From IMG/VR virus record IMGVR_UViG_3300045988_108212, positions 64,001 through 128,000 of that record: a DNA stretch of 64,000 nucleotides; one strand, given 5' to 3'. The notes beneath the pieces were generated by a model that saw nothing but the letters and a program-made list of their open reading frames with translations, did not search any database and was not told the origin of the DNA. The stretch is from a virus. The position numbers and the translations under genes were made by a program. The stretch's first letter is position 1, and the number at the start of each line of letters is the position of its first letter. This document shows, in pieces, positions 19,303-27,831 of this stretch.

Positions 19303-19994
19303 TCAAGTCCCTCACCAAAAATATCACTTAAAATGTCGTCCATGTTATCGTCTTGTGTGGCTGTTACTACAGTTTTCTGAGTTGTGATATTATTTGTTTC
19401 AACAAAAGATTTTGCAAATTTTTCATTATTCTTTTTGTCTACTTCATTTAATTTCTGTTTCTCTTTCCATCGTAAATAACTATCATACTTTCCTACTAAA
19501 ACTGCCAAATCATAATTAACCTGGTGCGTTGGATTATCTTTATCCATCGTTCCTTTTTGTATCAAAAATGTTCGATTTTTCTTAAGATATTTCATTTGAC
19601 GCTTCCACATATCTAAAAGATCACTTGGTGGAATTGGTTTCGCCAGACCACGATATGTACCTTTATAAATACTTTTCAATTTTGTAAAAACATATGCTGG
19701 TACAGAACCAATGTAGTTATAATTATCAAGAATAAACCGATATACTTTGTCTTCTAACAATCTTGGTTCAAGTAACACTCGTGCTTTCTGATTATATTCA
19801 TCAATCTTAGACAATGCAGATAACCATTTGTCATGTTTAGTATTTTTGGATAATAATTTTGCTTTACACATTTTGCGGAAACATTCTTTGTGATAATAAC
19901 TATTGTCATATTTAACAATCTCTTGCACTTTATCTAAATCAAGTTCAATTACTTCTTTACAATAAGCGCATTTTACTGTTAAAACATCTGCCAT
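19299..19994 (-). CDS. hypothetical protein with N-terminal zinc-ribbon-like CxxC..HxxC
   Basis: 231 aa; CAYCKE..YHKEC. No further motif recognised. Confidence 0.55.
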   Translation of the reverse strand: MADVLTVKCAYCKEVIELDLDKVQEIVKYDNSYYHKECFRKMCKAKLLSKNTKHDKWLSALSKIDEYNQKARVLLEPRLLEDKVYRFILDNYNYIGSVPAYVFTKLKSIYKGTYRGLAKPIPPSDLLDMWKRQMKYLKKNRTFLIQKGTMDKDNPTHQVNYDLAVLVGKYDSYLRWKEKQKLNEVDKKNNEKFAKSFVETNNITTQKTVVTATQDDNMDDILSDIFGEGLD

Positions 19995-20073
19995 GCTACA
20001 GTTACTCCTCGTCCAATATCAAAGGATTAGGTAGCCAAAATGGCTACCACATAAACCCTTTTGTAATTTCACC

Positions 20074-21288
20074 TTATCCTTCCTGATCTTCTTTGATTTT
20101 TTTCACTAAGATTTCTTCAATCTTCTTTAGCTGATCAAGATCATTAAGACGACTAAAGGCGGTAGGTAATCCTTCTTTGGCGAGCTTATCTTTCATTTCC
20201 TGTCGTTTTGGAGGAGCTAATTTTTTGATTCTGTCAGAAATTCGTTTTTTTACATCCTGAACAGAATCTTTTTTACTAGATGATTCACTGGATGACGCAC
20301 CAGATTCTTCTTTTTCTGCTTCCTCTTCGGAAACTGGCTTACCTGCTTCTCCAAGAATTTCTCTCTTATAGATTTTCTGTTCAACATCTACTGCTTTTGT
20401 AAGAGCATTACCAAGTGTAAACTCTTTGTTTCCAACAGAATTATCAATAACTTTCTGCCAAGCTAACATCTGTGGATCTTCTACAATCTCATTCTTTTTA
20501 TATGTATGCGTTCTATCTTTTACAATCTGAGCACAAACCATGTCAGTTTCATTATCAACGAATGTACGAATTACTGTTTTTGCGTTATAATCCATACCTT
20601 TAAATCCATCAATAATCTTACGACCTGTCGTAACAGTTTCTCTTTTACCGTCAATCATCTTAGATTCTGTTTCATCTTTTTCTCTTGCTGTTACAACACA
20701 ATGTGCTCCAGAAGCTAATAAATCAAGGATTAAATCCTGACCTTTAAAGTTTACAGTCTGGTAATCTTTTAATTCCATACCTGCACCTTCAATCTTGACA
20801 AGTCTGGCTTCACCTGTCATATTTGCAGCATCCGCTTTTACACGATTTCTTTTCTTAGAGAACTCAATCAATCCCTGTTTTGTAGTCAGATTTAAGATTG
20901 TTGATCCATCCACAACAATTGCGTCAGCTCTAAATGGAAGACCATCTGCGTCTAAAACTACATCATCAGTTTCTTCTCCATCGTCATCAAGCTCGTAGAA
21001 GTCACCGTTTGTTTTAACTGTATCAATATAATGTCTTACTTCTCCTAAGCTCTGAGTGTAAACAATGTAAATGTTTTCGAGATTTACACCATTTTCCTCT
21101 AATTCTGGTAAATAATCATCAATACTTCCTGATTCAGAGTCTAGGTATAAGACTCTGAAAGGCTTCCCATCTGGGCGTTTAAAATACGCTAACTGCATTG
21201 CCAGTGTACTTTTACCAGTAAAAGGTTCTCCATAAATAATAGTCATCAATTTACTCTGTGTTTTTGCTGCTTTTCTTGCTTTTGCCAA
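20074..21288 (-). CDS. RecA-fold ATPase, AAA_24/Sak4-like recombination protein
   Basis: N-terminal P-loop IIYGEPFTGKSTLAMQLA and an acidic Ser-rich tail. TTG start 7 nt after GGAG. Confidence 0.7.
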   Translation of the reverse strand: MAKARKAAKTQSKLMTIIYGEPFTGKSTLAMQLAYFKRPDGKPFRVLYLDSESGSIDDYLPELEENGVNLENIYIVYTQSLGEVRHYIDTVKTNGDFYELDDDGEETDDVVLDADGLPFRADAIVVDGSTILNLTTKQGLIEFSKKRNRVKADAANMTGEARLVKIEGAGMELKDYQTVNFKGQDLILDLLASGAHCVVTAREKDETESKMIDGKRETVTTGRKIIDGFKGMDYNAKTVIRTFVDNETDMVCAQIVKDRTHTYKKNEIVEDPQMLAWQKVIDNSVGNKEFTLGNALTKAVDVEQKIYKREILGEAGKPVSEEEAEKEESGASSSESSSKKDSVQDVKKRISDRIKKLAPPKRQEMKDKLAKEGLPTAFSRLNDLDQLKKIEEILVKKIKEDQEG

Positions 21289-21352
21289 ATGTAAAACTCC
21301 TTTATGTATATATTGTTTTGTTATTTATTTGTGAAATGATTTAGAATTGTTC

Positions 21353-22474
21353 TTACCAAACATCGCCTTCAGTATCATCTGAAGAATCATCAAAACCAGA
21401 TCCCCATTCATCATCTGTAGAAGAGCTACTTGTCTGTTCGTCATCAGACTCACCGAAATCACTTCTTGCTGCTTCTGCCTTTTTAATAGCTTCAATCGCT
21501 GCATCAATTGCTTCTCTGGTGTATGTTTCTGAATCAATACTATCTTTGCTTGCGCCAGTGATAATAAGTTCTTTTCTTGCAGAATCTACGACTCTCTTTG
21601 TAGGATCTGCTTCTCCCCATCCATCATCTTCTACTTCAACTTCTTCTGTCTGAATTTCTGTCTTAATATGTCCCCAAACTTCGATAGATGAATATGGCTT
21701 AACATTCTTCTTAAAAGTTTTTGCTAATTTCTTATTTGTCATATAGAATTCAGCATCATCAACAGATGAATAACCAATAATCTTTCCATAAACGATAAAA
21801 CGTCCTGTTGGCACATCATCTTCTTTTTCCTGTTCAATATTTGTAAAAACCATTGTCTGTTTAAAATCAGATCTTACCTTATGCTCCTCATTATCAAGAT
21901 CAATTTCTTTACTTGTTAAACTAATTTGTGTTGGAGACATTCTTGACCACTGGCGTTTAGTTCCGTTTTCCCCAGTAAAACTTCCATATTCAATATCTCC
22001 TTTAATGAATACACTCTGGTTATCTGCCATGTGTTCTGAAGCATATTTTGTTAAATCAAATGGATCTAATACCAGTTTTTTGTTAACGACCTGTCCTTTA
22101 TCATTAGTCTCTTTCTCAAGACCAACCCTTGAACCAATCAATGACCAATCATCTCCAAGCCCAAGCTCCTTAACAGATTTAAAACGGTCAGCCCAAGGAA
22201 TATCCTTAGTTTTGTATGTAGTTTTTTTACCGTTCTTTTCTCTTTTAAGGAAATAAACTTTTGGTTTTTCAAATGCCTGGATTTTACATCTAACTTTTAC
22301 GTCAGGTTCTACTTTAACTCCGAAAGATAACGTTCGTTTACCTTTGCCTTTCTGCGTTTTACCTTCCTTATAAAAGTCGTCTTTTGCACAATCAGTGATT
22401 AATCCTTCTAACTGAAATGTACCTTTAGTTTCTGGTAAGTTGAAAAGTCTTTTAGATTTTGTGTTTTCTGCCAA
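21353..22474 (-). CDS. putative single-stranded DNA-binding protein
   Basis: 373 aa ending in the acidic tip DDEWGSGFDDSSDDTEGDVW, as in SSB recruitment tails. Located next to the annealase-like ATPase. TTG start. The function is inferred only. Confidence 0.45.
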   Translation of the reverse strand: MAENTKSKRLFNLPETKGTFQLEGLITDCAKDDFYKEGKTQKGKGKRTLSFGVKVEPDVKVRCKIQAFEKPKVYFLKREKNGKKTTYKTKDIPWADRFKSVKELGLGDDWSLIGSRVGLEKETNDKGQVVNKKLVLDPFDLTKYASEHMADNQSVFIKGDIEYGSFTGENGTKRQWSRMSPTQISLTSKEIDLDNEEHKVRSDFKQTMVFTNIEQEKEDDVPTGRFIVYGKIIGYSSVDDAEFYMTNKKLAKTFKKNVKPYSSIEVWGHIKTEIQTEEVEVEDDGWGEADPTKRVVDSARKELIITGASKDSIDSETYTREAIDAAIEAIKKAEAARSDFGESDDEQTSSSSTDDEWGSGFDDSSDDTEGDVW

Positions 22475-22608
22475 ATAAATTTACCTCTTTCTGTTATTAA
22501 ATTTGTTTAGTTAGTTTTTAGTTTGTAAATAAGTCATCAATTTATATCCACTGTCAACTCTGCCAAAGTCAACAGGAACAAAAAATAATTTTATCTGATC
22601 GGCTTATA

Positions 22609-22640
22609 TTGTTATAATCGTTCTATTACGTTTATAACAA
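22609..22640. repeat. perfect 9-bp inverted repeat TTGTTATAA-N14-TTATAACAA in the intergenic region
   Basis: Read directly from the sequence. It lies in the 208-nt gap upstream of the SSB-like operon and also contains TGtTATAAT on the plus strand. Confidence 0.6.
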
Positions 22641-22645
22641 ATGCG

Positions 22646-22678
22646 TCAAAAAAAATAATAAAAGCAAAAAGCTTTTTT
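22646..22678 (-). terminator. weak rho-independent terminator after the sigma gene
   Basis: Minus strand: AAAAGC-TTTTT-GCTTTT followed by ATTATTTTTTTT. Confidence 0.35.
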
Positions 22679-22682
22679 GAAA

Positions 22683-23219
22683 TTATAAGGATGGGATTAA
22701 TTTATTTTTAATTTTTTTCAATTGATATTGAATTGCTTGATATGTAACACCAAGGGTATTTCCTATTTCTTCGTTCGTATACCCTTTTGCCTTTAAATTA
22801 ATAATTAACCTGTCCTTATTATTTAGTATTCGCATTTGCTCATCAAAACACAAAAAGAAAATTAATTTTTTTTCATTATTTTTTTTATCAGCTAGCAAAA
22901 AAGAATATTCTTTTTCGTCTTCATCTAAATCATTCATTAACTGATTGTACGATAAGGTAAGTCGTTCATCTCTTTTATCTGCAAATCTCCATCGAGTATA
23001 TGCTATAATTTCTTTTTGCATACATTTATATGCATATGTAGAGAATGATTTAGCTTTGGATTCATCATAATCAATTGCTGCCTTACACAACCCAATAGCA
23101 GCGAATCCATAATAGTCATCAAAATCTTGTCTGCGGATACCGCATTTTGTCATAGCAGAGTAAATCAAATTATGATTTTGTTCTACCAATTTTCTCTGTT
23201 CATCATTTAATTTCTTCAC
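22683..23219 (-). CDS. sigma-70 family (ECF-sized) RNA polymerase sigma factor
   Basis: 178 aa. Region-2-like YGFAAIGLCKAAIDYD..FSTYAYKCMQKEI and region-4 HTH GYTNEEIGNTLGVTYQAIQYQLKKIK. GTG start. Confidence 0.75.
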   Translation of the reverse strand: MKKLNDEQRKLVEQNHNLIYSAMTKCGIRRQDFDDYYGFAAIGLCKAAIDYDESKAKSFSTYAYKCMQKEIIAYTRWRFADKRDERLTLSYNQLMNDLDEDEKEYSFLLADKKNNEKKLIFFLCFDEQMRILNNKDRLIINLKAKGYTNEEIGNTLGVTYQAIQYQLKKIKNKLIPSL

Positions 23220-23988
23220 ATTTTTTATCCTCCTGTTCTTTAATGAATTTTTGTACTTCCTCTACATAGCTTAATTCAAAATATCTTTCAATATACCCGC
23301 CCATTGGAACTCCAGTATATTTAAAATTAGGAATAGTTTCTTTTAGTTGACCACAAACCTCGGATCTAAATGTGTTTGTATATTTTTTCAAATCATTCAT
23401 GGAATATGTTTGTTTAAAATATGGCATATCAAGAGTGTTAAATAGTCTCCATAAAAAACTACTATTTCTATACTTTGTTAACTTACTGTCACGCAATACA
23501 TCCATAAAATCTCTCATAAATCGGATTATCTTATCAACATCTTTTGATGCTAATTCAAATACTAAATTTTTTGATTCATCATAATATGTATAATCATCAT
23601 ATTTCGTATTTGAATAAATCTTGTATACCTCATTTTCGCCTGATAGATTTGCTGATATATTATTAACACTCAAAACTTTGCCATTTTTCATAACTATTTC
23701 ATTGCTACACAATATCGCAGGAGATGTTATAGAGAATTTATCCAATAAAACATATTGTGGGTTATGATTGAAATAGGGATTATGATTGTCAAAATTACCA
23801 AACATATCTGACAGCTCAATCCAATCTTTATTTTTCAATGAATCAATTTCCGTCCATTCATCTCCAAGACAAATACCACGAACTGTTTTTAAAACTCTTT
23901 TACCATAAATTTCAACATCGGCTTCCCAATCTGGATCTCTGTGTTTACTAAAAGCAAGTTCAATTTCTCTTGTATTTTTCCTTGACAT
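23203..23988 (-). CDS. hypothetical protein
   Basis: 261 aa with AGGAG SD. No motif recognised. Confidence 0.55.
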   Translation of the reverse strand: MSRKNTREIELAFSKHRDPDWEADVEIYGKRVLKTVRGICLGDEWTEIDSLKNKDWIELSDMFGNFDNHNPYFNHNPQYVLLDKFSITSPAILCSNEIVMKNGKVLSVNNISANLSGENEVYKIYSNTKYDDYTYYDESKNLVFELASKDVDKIIRFMRDFMDVLRDSKLTKYRNSSFLWRLFNTLDMPYFKQTYSMNDLKKYTNTFRSEVCGQLKETIPNFKYTGVPMGGYIERYFELSYVEEVQKFIKEQEDKKCEEIK

Positions 23989-23991
23989 ACA

Positions 23992-24945
23992 TCACACTCC
24001 TAACACATATTTATCACTTCTGAACCCAGCTGCATTTGGATGACCGCCACCACCATATTTCACAGCAAGCTCATACACATTTACTTTATCCTGTTCTGCG
24101 GATCGTAGCTGGTATTCCCACATACTTCCATTGAATGAAAAACCGATGAACATATCGTATTTAGAAGCGTCAATAGATTCGAAGAAATCAGAATTGATTA
24201 ATGCTCGATTGATTGCATAGACTTTATGCCCTTCAAATATGGTTTCAAAACCATATGCTCTAAGATATTGTTCTGCATTTGCTGCTAAATACTCAATAAT
24301 TGATAAGCCATCTGCTATCATATCACCAATAATTTTTGCTGCTTCATAAATTCCTTGATCTTTATTTAACGTGTTTAGCAAAGGACTTAACGCATCAAAA
24401 TCATACGATTCAAATGCATAGTGAAATGCTTTTACGAATTGTTTTGACGTTTCACCAAAATAAAATGTATCCCACATGGCTGTATATTCTACCAGTTTTG
24501 GATAATCTGCTTTATATTTATATATATTGAGTAATCTTTTTACATTTTTCTCATCCGTCCTCTCAATTTGCTCCCAATTTTCATCACACATATATTTAAA
24601 ATATAACCATGTCAAATTCGCTCCTGAAATACCCGCTCCAGTAATTCTGATTCCTTTTACATCACACTTGAAATCTTTATACGCTTCAATCGTAGACTGA
24701 TGATGGTCGATCCAAAATACATTCTTTGTAATACTGAGCAACTGCCACATCTCTTCTGGCTCAATACTGTAGTCTACAATAAACACAAATTCATCCTGCT
24801 CAATGTCATGAAACGGGAATTTCATACCGTAATTAATTTTTCGAAAGTCCTCTGGTTCAAATGCCAAGCCTCGCTGTTCGCAAGCTTTTCTGACGTAGAA
24901 TCCAGACACGATTCCGTCTTGATCCACATGATAAAAACATTTCAT
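23992..24945 (-). CDS. DHH/DHHA1 phosphoesterase (NrnA-like)
   Basis: YHVDQDG, IVD, IDHHQS and C-terminal YGGGGHPNAAGF. 317 aa. GAAGGAGG SD. Confidence 0.75.
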   Translation of the reverse strand: MKCFYHVDQDGIVSGFYVRKACEQRGLAFEPEDFRKINYGMKFPFHDIEQDEFVFIVDYSIEPEEMWQLLSITKNVFWIDHHQSTIEAYKDFKCDVKGIRITGAGISGANLTWLYFKYMCDENWEQIERTDEKNVKRLLNIYKYKADYPKLVEYTAMWDTFYFGETSKQFVKAFHYAFESYDFDALSPLLNTLNKDQGIYEAAKIIGDMIADGLSIIEYLAANAEQYLRAYGFETIFEGHKVYAINRALINSDFFESIDASKYDMFIGFSFNGSMWEYQLRSAEQDKVNVYELAVKYGGGGHPNAAGFRSDKYVLGV

Positions 24946-24995
24946 TCTTTAGTCCTCCTTCTCATTTCTCTGTTTATATACAAACATCTACTAAT

Positions 24996-25625
24996 CTATC
25001 TTTTTGAAAAGATATAATCCAATTGATTTTTAATATCATTCAAAGACAAAATTTCTTTCTTATATCGTTTAAATTGAATGTCATGCAGTATCTTTTCATA
25101 TTCTCTCTCTTTCTTATAGTGATCCAAGATCAACTCTTTAAGACGAATAGAATATTTCATATGATATCTGTTTTGAAAAATCATTCCCCTCAAAATATTT
25201 AGATCAATATGTGGATTTTCTTCTAATACAATATCTAATGTATTGCTTTCCTTTGCCTTTATATAAAGCTCATCATACCATACGTTTCTTTTTATGTCGT
25301 ACACTAAAGAATCTAAGTTGAAAAATACAGTAAAAGGTAAATTCTTTAGATAATCTTCTTCAGAACAGTTAATGATATTCTCTCTATATGCCCATGTTTG
25401 CTCTATTCTCCATACATCAACAACAATGTCATGGTAGGTAATTTTATATCCATCAAAAAAGTTCTTTCTGGCATGATATTTTTTACAAACTGCATCAAAC
25501 TTATCTGTTTCTTTTGTATCAATCACAACGTCAATATCTTTTGCATCTTTAATGTTGCCTGTTTCTAAAAATTCTCTTGGGGCTCCGCCTATCAAGTAAA
25601 GATCCCCTGTATTATACAGTTCCAT
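24996..25625 (-). CDS. minimal class II CCA-adding/poly(A) polymerase-type nucleotidyltransferase
   Basis: LYLIGGAPREFLETGNIKDAKDIDVVIDT matches the GGxVRDxLLG..DxD head motif. FTVFFNLDSLVYD resembles the RDFTINA segment. Only 209 aa, with no body or tail domains. Confidence 0.6.
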   Translation of the reverse strand: MELYNTGDLYLIGGAPREFLETGNIKDAKDIDVVIDTKETDKFDAVCKKYHARKNFFDGYKITYHDIVVDVWRIEQTWAYRENIINCSEEDYLKNLPFTVFFNLDSLVYDIKRNVWYDELYIKAKESNTLDIVLEENPHIDLNILRGMIFQNRYHMKYSIRLKELILDHYKKEREYEKILHDIQFKRYKKEILSLNDIKNQLDYIFSKR

Positions 25626-25699
25626 AAATAATTGTTGTGCTGATTTATAATGATTTAGACAGTTTTCAATACTGTTGTTTTCATAGCCCTTCTTAGTTT

Positions 25700-26011
25700 T
25701 TATTCTTTTTCCTCCTTTACAAGCTTAACTTTATAACCAAGTTCCTTTTCAATTTCTTCAATCGTCATTTCTTTTGGCGGAGAATAACTCATATTCAAAC
25801 TATCAATATCAGTTTCCATATTCCAAACACTTCTGTAAATCAATCTTCCTACCAAAATACAAATTGCTTTCTTAACTTCTTGTGCTGTCGGTGGATAATG
25901 ATCTAATGATGCAATAATATGTTTGTAGTTTTCTTCATTCAATAAAACACGCTTAGAGTCAAGCGATGAATCCTCTTCTTCTCGTGATTCAATATATAAA
26001 AAGTGGTTCAT
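25700..26011 (-). CDS. hypothetical protein
   Basis: 103 aa. Its ATG overlaps the upstream stop (ATGA). Confidence 0.5.
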   Translation of the reverse strand: MNHFLYIESREEEDSSLDSKRVLLNEENYKHIIASLDHYPPTAQEVKKAICILVGRLIYRSVWNMETDIDSLNMSYSPPKEMTIEEIEKELGYKVKLVKEEKE

Positions 26012-26178
26012 GTTATCTCTCCTTTCTCAATTTCTTCTTTAATAATTCTATATGCAAGAGCCTCATCAGACTCTTTGTCATTAATTCCATTTCTTTCTAA
26101 TAGCCTGTCCAATTCGTCTGGGCTCAACTGATCAAAGAATCGTTTTATTTCTTGTTTACGTTCTTGTCTTGTTTTCAT
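26008..26178 (-). CDS. small hypothetical protein (56 aa)
   Basis: MKTRQERKQEIKRFFDQLSPDELDRLLERNGINDKESDEAL.. Its stop overlaps the next ATG. Below the ORF-track cut-off. Confidence 0.4.
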   Translation of the reverse strand: MKTRQERKQEIKRFFDQLSPDELDRLLERNGINDKESDEALAYRIIKEEIEKGEIT

Positions 26179-26385
26179 TTTTTTGTTTAAATTCCTTTAG
26201 TTCTGTTATTTTTTATAGTTGCCAAACCCCCAAATAACATAAATCCGACAAAATAACATAGATTTTAGTGAGTGCTATAACAAACCTCACTTTTGGCGTA
26301 CTCAAAAACTATTTGAGCAGAATATTTTTATATTCCAAAAACACACCAAATATTTTAAAATTTTTATTTTGTTTCTTAGCCATAT

Positions 26386-26571
26386 CTACTTCACTACCTT
26401 ACCATCTGGCATTATAAATTCCCAATACCCATCACTATTTTCAACTTCTTTTGGCTCTTCTTTATCTATTTTCTCCATCAACTTCTGCGCTCGTTCAATA
26501 TCTTCTTTTGTCCAATTTTCTACTTCGTCAATCAAACCTTGCAAAAACTTCAATGATTCTTGTTTACTCAT
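26386..26571 (-). CDS. hypothetical protein
   Basis: 61 aa, acidic, with GAGGAA SD. Confidence 0.45.
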   Translation of the reverse strand: MSKQESLKFLQGLIDEVENWTKEDIERAQKLMEKIDKEEPKEVENSDGYWEFIMPDGKVVK

Positions 26572-26576
26572 GAGTC

Positions 26577-26858
26577 TTATTCCTCACATTTTCTACCATA
26601 TAGTAAGAATCCAAGATCTCGTATTCTACCTATCTTACGATCATCCTTGTTTTCAAAAAATTCTAAAGAGTAAATATCACGATTAGAGATGTTTACTGGT
26701 TTGTCAAATTTAACGGTCATATATCTATACCCATATCTACGACCAATCTCATCTGTTCCGATGCGAGTAATTGTACCTTTGTCGTTATTTCTAACCAAAC
26801 CTCCTTTAGCCGCTGGCTTCATTCTATAAATATAAACTCTATCTCCGACCTTTAGCAT
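26577..26858 (-). CDS. hypothetical protein
   Basis: 93 aa. Tightly coupled to the upstream gene (TAAATG). Confidence 0.5.
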   Translation of the reverse strand: MLKVGDRVYIYRMKPAAKGGLVRNNDKGTITRIGTDEIGRRYGYRYMTVKFDKPVNISNRDIYSLEFFENKDDRKIGRIRDLGFLLYGRKCEE

Positions 26859-27158
26859 TTACTTACCTTCCATTTCTTCATAAAGCTCTCTAAATTTTCT
26901 AAAATCATCCACACTACCACCATTGTCTGGATGACTTTTCTTCATTGCATACTTCACTGCATCCTTAACATCTGAACGAGTTTCTTCCTTATTATATGTA
27001 CCATTTTCTTTGTCGTTCGCATCAGCCATGAATGACATTTTATCTAAGATCAGATTTACATTTGTCTGTCTCATCCGATCTAACTTTCTTTCATATCTTA
27101 GAAATACAATCACTCCAACGATACAAAACCCAATGGCAAACTCAATATTAGCTCCCAT
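26859..27158 (-). CDS. membrane-anchored J-domain protein
   Basis: N-terminal TM (FAIGFCIVGVIVFL) followed by AVKYAMKKSHPDNGGSVDDFRKFRELYEEM (helix II, HPD, helix III). The start is set to ATG 27158, 5 nt after GGAGGTGA. Confidence 0.55.
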   Translation of the reverse strand: MGANIEFAIGFCIVGVIVFLRYERKLDRMRQTNVNLILDKMSFMADANDKENGTYNKEETRSDVKDAVKYAMKKSHPDNGGSVDDFRKFRELYEEMEGK

Positions 27159-27191
27159 ATTAATCACCTCCCTTTACATAAAACTCAGATT

Positions 27192-27359
27192 TTACTCTAT
27201 TACATATCTTTTCTCACAACCACATTTCTTGCAGCGATAAACTTTTTCACACTTATAAGGCTTAGTTGATTTATTGCTCCAATATATATCTGAATCAAAT
27301 ATCTGTTCCCACTCATGTTTGCAGAAACAAGATCTTATATACCAAATTAATTTTCTCAT
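27192..27359 (-). CDS. small zinc-ribbon-like protein (55 aa)
   Basis: MRKLIWYIRSCFCKHEW..YKCEKVYRCKKCGCEKRY. Its ATG overlaps the upstream TGA (ATGA). Below the track cut-off. Confidence 0.4.
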   Translation of the reverse strand: MRKLIWYIRSCFCKHEWEQIFDSDIYWSNKSTKPYKCEKVYRCKKCGCEKRYVIE

Positions 27360-27538
27360 TCATTATCATCCTCTTCTGGTCTTAACATAATACCAAGACC
27401 CGTACACATTCCAGTAAGTTTCTTGTCCATTGCCTTAATTCTTTTGTAATTGTAATAGGTCATATATGGTACTCCAACACCAATTGCTATGATCACCATA
27501 AACGCCAATATCCAAATTATGTAAAATAAAACGTCCAT
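27356..27538 (-). CDS. small membrane protein
   Basis: 60 aa; MDVLFYIIWILAFMVIIAIGVGVPY. Confidence 0.5.
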   Translation of the reverse strand: MDVLFYIIWILAFMVIIAIGVGVPYMTYYNYKRIKAMDKKLTGMCTGLGIMLRPEEDDNE

Positions 27539-27539
27539 T

Positions 27540-27806
27540 TTATCTTTCTCCTTTTCTTCGATCTCTTTCTATTTTTCTGAGATACCTTCTTTGTTTTTCG
27601 ACCACATTAAATGCAAAATCATCTATGTGTCCATACGATGCAAAGTTTCGTGCCATTGTCAAATCTCCATAAATCTTATGATATGTTTCGTTTTTGACCA
27701 TTTCTTTTCTGCAATAATACAATGCGTTACATAATGTTGTTAGCTCTGTTGCATCCAATCTAATGATCGCCTCACTATCTTCTTTGGAAAGATTTAAAAT
27801 CTGCAT
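27540..27806 (-). CDS. hypothetical protein
   Basis: The start was moved to ATG 27806 (AAGGAG upstream), which removes a 116-nt overlap with 27832..28305. Confidence 0.5.
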   Translation of the reverse strand: MQILNLSKEDSEAIIRLDATELTTLCNALYYCRKEMVKNETYHKIYGDLTMARNFASYGHIDDFAFNVVEKQRRYLRKIERDRRKGER

Positions 27807-27831
27807 ATCAACAACTCCTTTCTGTCTACTA

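Noticed and set aside
25655-25684. 9-codon ORF with a GAAGGG SD upstream of the nucleotidyltransferase gene, which itself lacks an SD.
   Set aside because: It is not overlapping or in frame with the gene, so it could be chance in A+T-rich sequence. It has no independent support.
26299-26373. 24-codon ORF (MAKKQNKNFKIFGVFLEYKNILLK) and assorted short hairpins in the 207-nt gap 26179..26385.
   Set aside because: There is no SD, the hairpins are short and A+T-rich with no T-tracts, and I could not define a promoter with acceptable spacing.
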